DNA of 10,891 bases from a virus (lineage: Duplodnaviria; Heunggongvirae; Uroviricota; Caudoviricetes), in the IMG/VR virus record IMGVR_UViG_2541047778_000014; one strand, written 5' to 3'. Positions within the stretch are counted from its first letter, which is position 1; every line of letters starts with the position of its first letter. Of the stretch, positions 7,271-10,891 are shown piece after piece. The position numbers were made by a program, and so were the translations under genes. The notes beneath the pieces were generated by a model that saw only the letters and a list, made by a program, of their open reading frames with translations, had not been told where the DNA came from and did not search any database.

Positions 7271-7677
7271 TCGTACCTCCTGTCGGTAAATCTGACACCC
7301 TGACCAATAGCCCATGCTGTTGTGTACTCGATCAGACTTGCCATACGCTTCACACTCATCTGCGCGCTGCTTTCGCGAATGTTGACGTATTCGCCTTCAA
7401 GCCCGGGCAAAACATCAGCTTCCTGTTTTGTTGCCACTGCATGACCGCTGATCAACAAAACCTTCCATTGTTCTGGTTTTAACCATTTATCGCGCCACTG
7501 AACTTGCCTAGCGATATCTGCGACCATCGCGTGAAATTTTGCGTTCTGGTCAAGGTTGCGCTTGTAGTCAGTAATGCGGATGGTGACTGGCTTGTCTTTA
7601 TCGAGTGGTGTTGCGAGGATGGCATTTATTGCAGCTTGCTGTTGTTGCTTAGTTCGGAGGAATATTGTTTGCTTCAC
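7267..7677 (-). CDS. ninB: NinB recombination protein (Orf-family)
   Basis: 136 aa; aligns from its first residues with lambda NinB as recalled (e.g. [22 protein letters not shown] vs lambda RSLDQNRKLWACLGDVSRQVEW); GTG start at 7677..7675, only 5 bp from the IS end. Confidence 0.75.
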
Positions 7678-7736
7678 TGAATTGAACCGCCCCGGGAATC
7701 CTGGAGACTAAACTTCCTGAGAAAGAGGTAAACAGG

Positions 7737-8063
7737 ATGACTAAAAATACTCGTTTTTCCCCCGAAGTCCGTCAACGGGCAGTCCGTATGGTTCTGGAAA
7801 GTCAGAGCGAATATGACTCACAATGGGCGACAATTTGTTCCATTGCTCCAAAGATTGGCTGTACGCCGGAGACTCTGCGTGTCTGGGTTCGCCAGCATGA
7901 GCGGGATACCGGGGGCGGTGATGGAGGGCTCACCACCGCTGAACGTCAGCGTCTGAAAGAGCTGGAACGTGAAAATCGTGAACTGCGCCGCAGTAACGAT
8001 ATCCTTCGCCAGGCTTCCGCTTATTTTGCGAAGGCGGAGTTCGACCGCCTCTGGAAAAAATGA
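7737..8063 (+). CDS. IS629 OrfA (transposase N-terminal HTH/leucine-zipper protein)
   Basis: 108 aa; starts 55 nt inside the left IR; ends in an A6 run (8055..8060) that overlaps the orfB start. Confidence 0.9.
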   Translation: MTKNTRFSPEVRQRAVRMVLESQSEYDSQWATICSIAPKIGCTPETLRVWVRQHERDTGGGDGGLTTAERQRLKELERENRELRRSNDILRQASAYFAKAEFDRLWKK

Positions 8064-8950
8064 TGCCACTGCTGGATAAGCTGCGTGAGCAGTACGGGGT
8101 CGGACCGCTATGCAGCGAACTGCATATTGCCCCGTCAACGTATTACCACTGTCAGCAACAGCGACATCATCCGGATAAACGCAGTGCCCGTGCGCAGCGC
8201 GATGACTGGCTGAAGAAAGAGATACAGCGCGTATACGATGAAAATCACAAGGTATACGGTGTGCGTAAAGTCTGGCGTCAGTTGTTACGGGAAGGTATCA
8301 GAGTGGCCAGATGCACTGTGGCACGTCTCATGGCGGTTATGGGACTTGCCGGTGTTCTCCGGGGTAAAAAGGTCCGTACGACCATCAGCCGGAAAGCCGT
8401 TGCCGCAGGCGACCGCGTAAACCGTCAGTTCGTGGCAGAACGACCTGACCAGCTGTGGGTGGCTGATTTTACTTACGTCAGCACATGGCGGGGCTTCGTC
8501 TATGTGGCGTTCATCATTGATGTGTTTGCCGGATACATCGTGGGGTGGCGGGTCTCATCGTCCATGGAAACGACATTCGTGCTGGATGCACTGGAGCAGG
8601 CGTTATGGGCCCGTCGACCGTCCGGCACGGTCCATCACAGTGATAAAGGTTCTCAGTATGTATCGCTGGCCTACACACAGCGGCTTAAGGAAGCCGGATT
8701 ACTGGCATCAACAGGAAGTACAGGCGACTCGTATGACAACGCGATGGCGGAGAGCATCAATGGTCTTTACAAAGCGGAGGTAATACACCGTAAGAGCTGG
8801 AAAAACCGTGCAGAAGTGGAACTGGCCACACTCACGTGGGTGGACTGGTATAACAATCGACGATTGCTGGAAAGGCTGGGCCATACTCCTCCGGCAGAAG
8901 CAGAAAAAGCTTATTATGCTTCCATCGGAAACGATGATCTGGCAGCCTGA
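8060..8950 (+). CDS. IS629 OrfB (transposase catalytic DDE domain; normally expressed as an OrfAB fusion by -1 frameshift)
   Basis: 296 aa; in the -1 frame relative to orfA, with ATGA overlap; rve-type integrase catalytic-core residues visible (D in WVADFTYV, D in [10 protein letters not shown] in DNAMAES). Confidence 0.9.
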   Translation: MMPLLDKLREQYGVGPLCSELHIAPSTYYHCQQQRHHPDKRSARAQRDDWLKKEIQRVYDENHKVYGVRKVWRQLLREGIRVARCTVARLMAVMGLAGVLRGKKVRTTISRKAVAAGDRVNRQFVAERPDQLWVADFTYVSTWRGFVYVAFIIDVFAGYIVGWRVSSSMETTFVLDALEQALWARRPSGTVHHSDKGSQYVSLAYTQRLKEAGLLASTGSTGDSYDNAMAESINGLYKAEVIHRKSWKNRAEVELATLTWVDWYNNRRLLERLGHTPPAEAEKAYYASIGNDDLAA

Positions 8951-9015
8951 GTTCACAGATAAAACACTCTCCAGGAAACCCGGGGCGGTTCAGGCAACAA
9001 ATACCATCTGTTGAA

Positions 9016-9258
9016 ATGCCGAATCACACATGGTTTTGCGTACTTGATATCGATGGTATGGATACGTTGGTTGACACTCGTCATTACTGCGATACCGCAA
9101 CAGCTACTCCGGCGAAAGCAAAGAAAATGGCTGCTCTGATAGAAAACTGGACTCCACCTGATGGTTGGTGCAATGGGAATGATCGAGATTGGCACGAAAA
9201 AATGAAGGGCTATATCTGCGATTTTTTACGTAAATGCAACGGCTTCAGGGGGATGTGA
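9016..9258 (+). CDS. hypothetical phage protein (80 aa), possibly 5'-truncated by the adjacent IS
   Basis: ORF starts 24 bp after the IS right end with no clear Shine-Dalgarno; the reading frame stays open upstream into the IS, so the native N-terminus may be missing. Stop lies 2 nt before the next gene. Confidence 0.4.
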   Translation: MPNHTWFCVLDIDGMDTLVDTRHYCDTATATPAKAKKMAALIENWTPPDGWCNGNDRDWHEKMKGYICDFLRKCNGFRGM

Positions 9259-9259
9259 T

Positions 9260-9832
9260 ATGACCAAAATTAACTATCAGGCACTGCGTGAGGCGGCAGA
9301 ACGTGCAATTCCGGCAATGGAACGCCTGTTAATGTTGCCAGTTGATGATGATTTGTTAAGTGAACAGGAACTTAAGGATTACGGTGTGGATATTGATGCG
9401 CTCAACGCCTTCAAATTTCTGACCGGACCAGAAACCGTGCTGGCGCTGCTGGATGAACGGGAAAGAAACCAGCAATACATCAAACGCCGCGACCAGGAGA
9501 ACGAGGAAATTGCGCTAACGGTAGGGAAGCTGCGCGTTGAGCTGGAAGCTGCAGAGAAGCGCATTGCAGAACTGGAAGCCGAACCTGTAAGCCAAACTTA
9601 CAAGTTGAACGAGCTGTCGGGCAACTATCCGGTAACTCCGGATGGTTGGATAAGCTGTAGTGAGCGAATGCCCGCTCAAGATGATTGGATTTTAATTTAT
9701 TCAAAGCACGGCGAGTATATGGCAGGACAGGTACAAGGGGAATACGTGGAGTTGAGCGACGGCACTTTATCGTGGTTAGGGAACGCCTTGTACTGGATGC
9801 CTCTACCGGAACCGCCGCAGGAGGTTAATTGA
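9260..9832 (+). CDS. Ead/Ea22-like protein with C-terminal DUF551-like domain
   Basis: 190 aa; AGGGGG Shine-Dalgarno 8 nt upstream; N-terminus MTKINYQALREAAERA plus a coiled-coil-like segment (LRVELEAAEKRIAELEA) and C-terminus WISCSERMP...YWMPLPEPP resemble Ea22-like/DUF551 prophage proteins as recalled. Confidence 0.65.
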   Translation: MTKINYQALREAAERAIPAMERLLMLPVDDDLLSEQELKDYGVDIDALNAFKFLTGPETVLALLDERERNQQYIKRRDQENEEIALTVGKLRVELEAAEKRIAELEAEPVSQTYKLNELSGNYPVTPDGWISCSERMPAQDDWILIYSKHGEYMAGQVQGEYVELSDGTLSWLGNALYWMPLPEPPQEVN

Positions 9833-10116
9833 TGGTCTCCTTCGCGAAATATACGATTATTGACTGGATAGCATTCATTCAGGTTTTGCTCATCTGGTTT
9901 TATATGGCTTACAGGAGTGGACAGTGGATTGTCAGTGTAGCCTGTAGCAATGGATGGCGTTGGTGGAACCGAAAGAATAAAAAAGCGCTGGCCTTGGCTT
10001 CGTTTTACGAAGCATTCAATCTTAACAGTCTTCAGCCTGGTTTTGTCGTTGTAGTCACCACTCAAAGCGGCATGACGATACAAATTCACAAGCCAAAGGA
10101 GGAAGGTCGTGGCTAA
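9829..10116 (+). CDS. hypothetical small membrane protein (95 aa)
   Basis: ATGA overlap with the upstream gene; one strongly hydrophobic segment (IIDWIAFIQVLLIWFYMAY) followed by a basic stretch; operon context supports it over the antisense ORF 9697..10155. Confidence 0.5.
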   Translation: MMVSFAKYTIIDWIAFIQVLLIWFYMAYRSGQWIVSVACSNGWRWWNRKNKKALALASFYEAFNLNSLQPGFVVVVTTQSGMTIQIHKPKEEGRG

Positions 10117-10393
10117 CCTGCAACTTGCCGTTAAAGGTGAATACTTCGATGCCATGATTCGCGGAGAGAAAACGGAAGAGTATCGCCTGTGTAATGACTA
10201 CTGGAATAAGCGAATTATGTTCCGCGAGTATGACCGCCTGATTATCACAAAGGGATATCCGAAGCGCGACGATTCCAGCCGCAGAATTGACGTCCCGTAT
10301 GACGGATATGAAATCAAGACAATCACACATCCGCACTTCGGCGATAAACCGGTAAAGGTGTTCGCTATAAAGGTGAATATCGACAATGAATGA
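10109..10393 (+). CDS. ASCH-like (PUA-fold, DUF3850-type) protein
   Basis: 94 aa; LAVKGEYFDAMIRGEKTEEYRL...REYDRLII resembles the ASCH/DUF3850 pattern (KPEYFEAV..G.KTFE.R...) as recalled; overlaps the upstream gene by 8 nt. Confidence 0.5.
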   Translation: MANLQLAVKGEYFDAMIRGEKTEEYRLCNDYWNKRIMFREYDRLIITKGYPKRDDSSRRIDVPYDGYEIKTITHPHFGDKPVKVFAIKVNIDNE

Positions 10394-10397
10394 TAAT

Positions 10398-10423
10398 CCT
10401 CGCACTCGCGGGGATTTCTTTTA
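10398..10423 (+). terminator. candidate intrinsic terminator after the ASCH-like gene
   Basis: CCUCGC-ACUC-GCGGGG stem-loop (6 bp with one G-U pair) at 10398..10413, followed by the U-rich run TTTCTTTTAT. Confidence 0.45.
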
Positions 10424-10465
10424 TCTGAACTCGCTACGGCGGGTTTTGTTTTATGGAGATGATAA

Positions 10466-10633
10466 ATGCACTTCCGAGTCACAGGTGAATGGAATGGAGA
10501 GCCATTCAACAGAGTTATCGAAGCAGAGAACATCAACGACTGCTATGACCACTGGATGCTGTGGGCGCAGATAGCACATGCAGACGTAACTAATATTCGA
10601 ATTGAAGAACTGAAAGAACACCAAGCCGCCTGA
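10466..10633 (+). CDS. small hypothetical protein (55 aa), not in the supplied ORF track
   Basis: Manual translation: MHFRVTGEWNGEPFNRVIEAENINDCYDHWMLWAQIAHADVTNIRIEELKEHQAA. GGAG Shine-Dalgarno 7 nt upstream; protein-like composition; stop directly followed by an intrinsic terminator. Preferred over the overlapping track ORFs 10386..10574 (+) and 10451..10699 (-). Confidence 0.45.
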   Translation: MHFRVTGEWNGEPFNRVIEAENINDCYDHWMLWAQIAHADVTNIRIEELKEHQAA

Positions 10634-10648
10634 TGGCGGTTTTTTATT
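10625..10648 (+). terminator. intrinsic terminator downstream of the 55-aa ORF
   Basis: GCCGCC-UGAU-GGCGGU stem-loop (10625..10640) followed by TTTTTTATT (10641..10649); the stem includes the ORF stop codon. Confidence 0.6.
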
Positions 10649-10690
10649 GCCTGATTTGCAGGTTCGATTCCCTATTCGGAGATAGCACTC

Positions 10691-10891
10691 ATGCAACACG
10701 AACTACAACCTGATTCACTGGTTGATTTGAAATTCATCATGGCCGATACTGGCTTCGGTAAAACCTTCATCTATGACCGGATTAAGTCCGGCGACCTGCC
10801 AAAAGCCAAAGTTATCCACGGGCGAGCAAGATGGTTATATCGTGACCATTGTGAATTCAAAAATAAGCTCTTAAGCCGCGCCAATGGGTAA
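10691..10891 (+). CDS. AlpA-family HTH protein, probable excisionase (Xis-like)
   Basis: 66 aa; DLKFIMADTGFGKTFIYDRIKSGDLPKAKVIHGRARWLYRDHCEF matches the AlpA/excisionase HTH pattern from recall; GGAG 9 nt upstream; sits at the distal end of the early-left genes where xis-int are expected (int would lie beyond the window). Confidence 0.6.
   Translation: MQHELQPDSLVDLKFIMADTGFGKTFIYDRIKSGDLPKAKVIHGRARWLYRDHCEFKNKLLSRANG

Larger units (their letters stand above)
7683..8992 (+). mobile_element. IS3-family insertion sequence, IS629-like (complete, 1310 bp)
   Basis: Bounded by perfect 14-bp terminal inverted repeats TGAACCGCCCCGGG (7683..7696) and its complement (8979..8992); contains orfA and orfB with a 4-nt overlap; length and OrfA/OrfB sequences match IS629 as recalled. 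Flanking triplets (AAT left, GGC right) are not a direct repeat. Confidence 0.9.

Noticed and set aside
8238-8956. Internal ORFs within the IS (8238..8420, 8502..8783, 8708..8956, 7818..8138)
   Set aside because: Alternative-frame or antisense ORFs inside the transposase genes; the IS3-family coding layout (orfA/orfB) accounts for the element.
9697-10155. 152-aa minus-strand ORF spanning the DUF551 gene end and ASCH-like gene start
   Set aside because: Antisense to three translationally coupled plus-strand genes; Ser/Pro/Thr-rich translation; conflicts with operon architecture.
10655-10680. GGTTCGATTCC motif resembling a tRNA T-loop, which could indicate a tRNA gene or att-site remnant
   Set aside because: No complementary T-stem, no acceptor stem or CCA, and no cloverleaf can be drawn; it lies between a terminator and the excisionase-like start rather than distal to int where an att site would be.
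10198-10699. Minus-strand ORFs 10198..10536 and 10451..10699, and plus ORF 10386..10574
   Set aside because: They overlap the ASCH-like gene, the two terminators and the better-supported 55-aa ORF; no ribosome-binding sites and low-complexity translations.
1-10891. CRISPR arrays, rRNA genes, integron attC sites
   Set aside because: No regularly spaced direct repeats or rRNA-like sequence were seen on reading the window.

Overview
This window is a defective lambdoid prophage fragment (likely Escherichia/Shigella, by inference) carrying two IS3-family insertion sequences that match my recollection of IS629 (no database search was possible). The late/right operon lies on the minus strand in canonical order: ninB, a NinD/E-like gene, a nin-region hypothetical gene, ninF, a Roi-like Rha/KilA-C gene, a YbcO-like gene, rusA, ninH, a Q-like antiterminator, a pR'/tR'-like leader region, the lysis cassette S-R-Rz/Rz1 (near-identical to phage lambda as recalled), a Rha-family gene, a small ORF, terminase small subunit and terminase large subunit. 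The large terminase gene is cut after about codon 236 by a partial IS629 copy at 1..120. A complete 1310-bp IS629 at 7683..8992 sits 5 bp upstream of ninB, has no target-site duplication, and is followed directly by plus-strand early-left genes (Ea22-like/DUF551, a small membrane protein, an ASCH-like protein, a 55-aa ORF, an AlpA-type excisionase-like gene). The immunity, replication and recombination modules that normally separate these regions are absent, consistent with an IS-associated deletion. No CRISPR array, rRNA, convincing tRNA or toxin cargo was found. Two small ORFs below the ORF-track cutoff are added (ninF, and a 55-aa ORF at 10466..10633). All family names come from recalled sequence similarity and motifs, not from searches.
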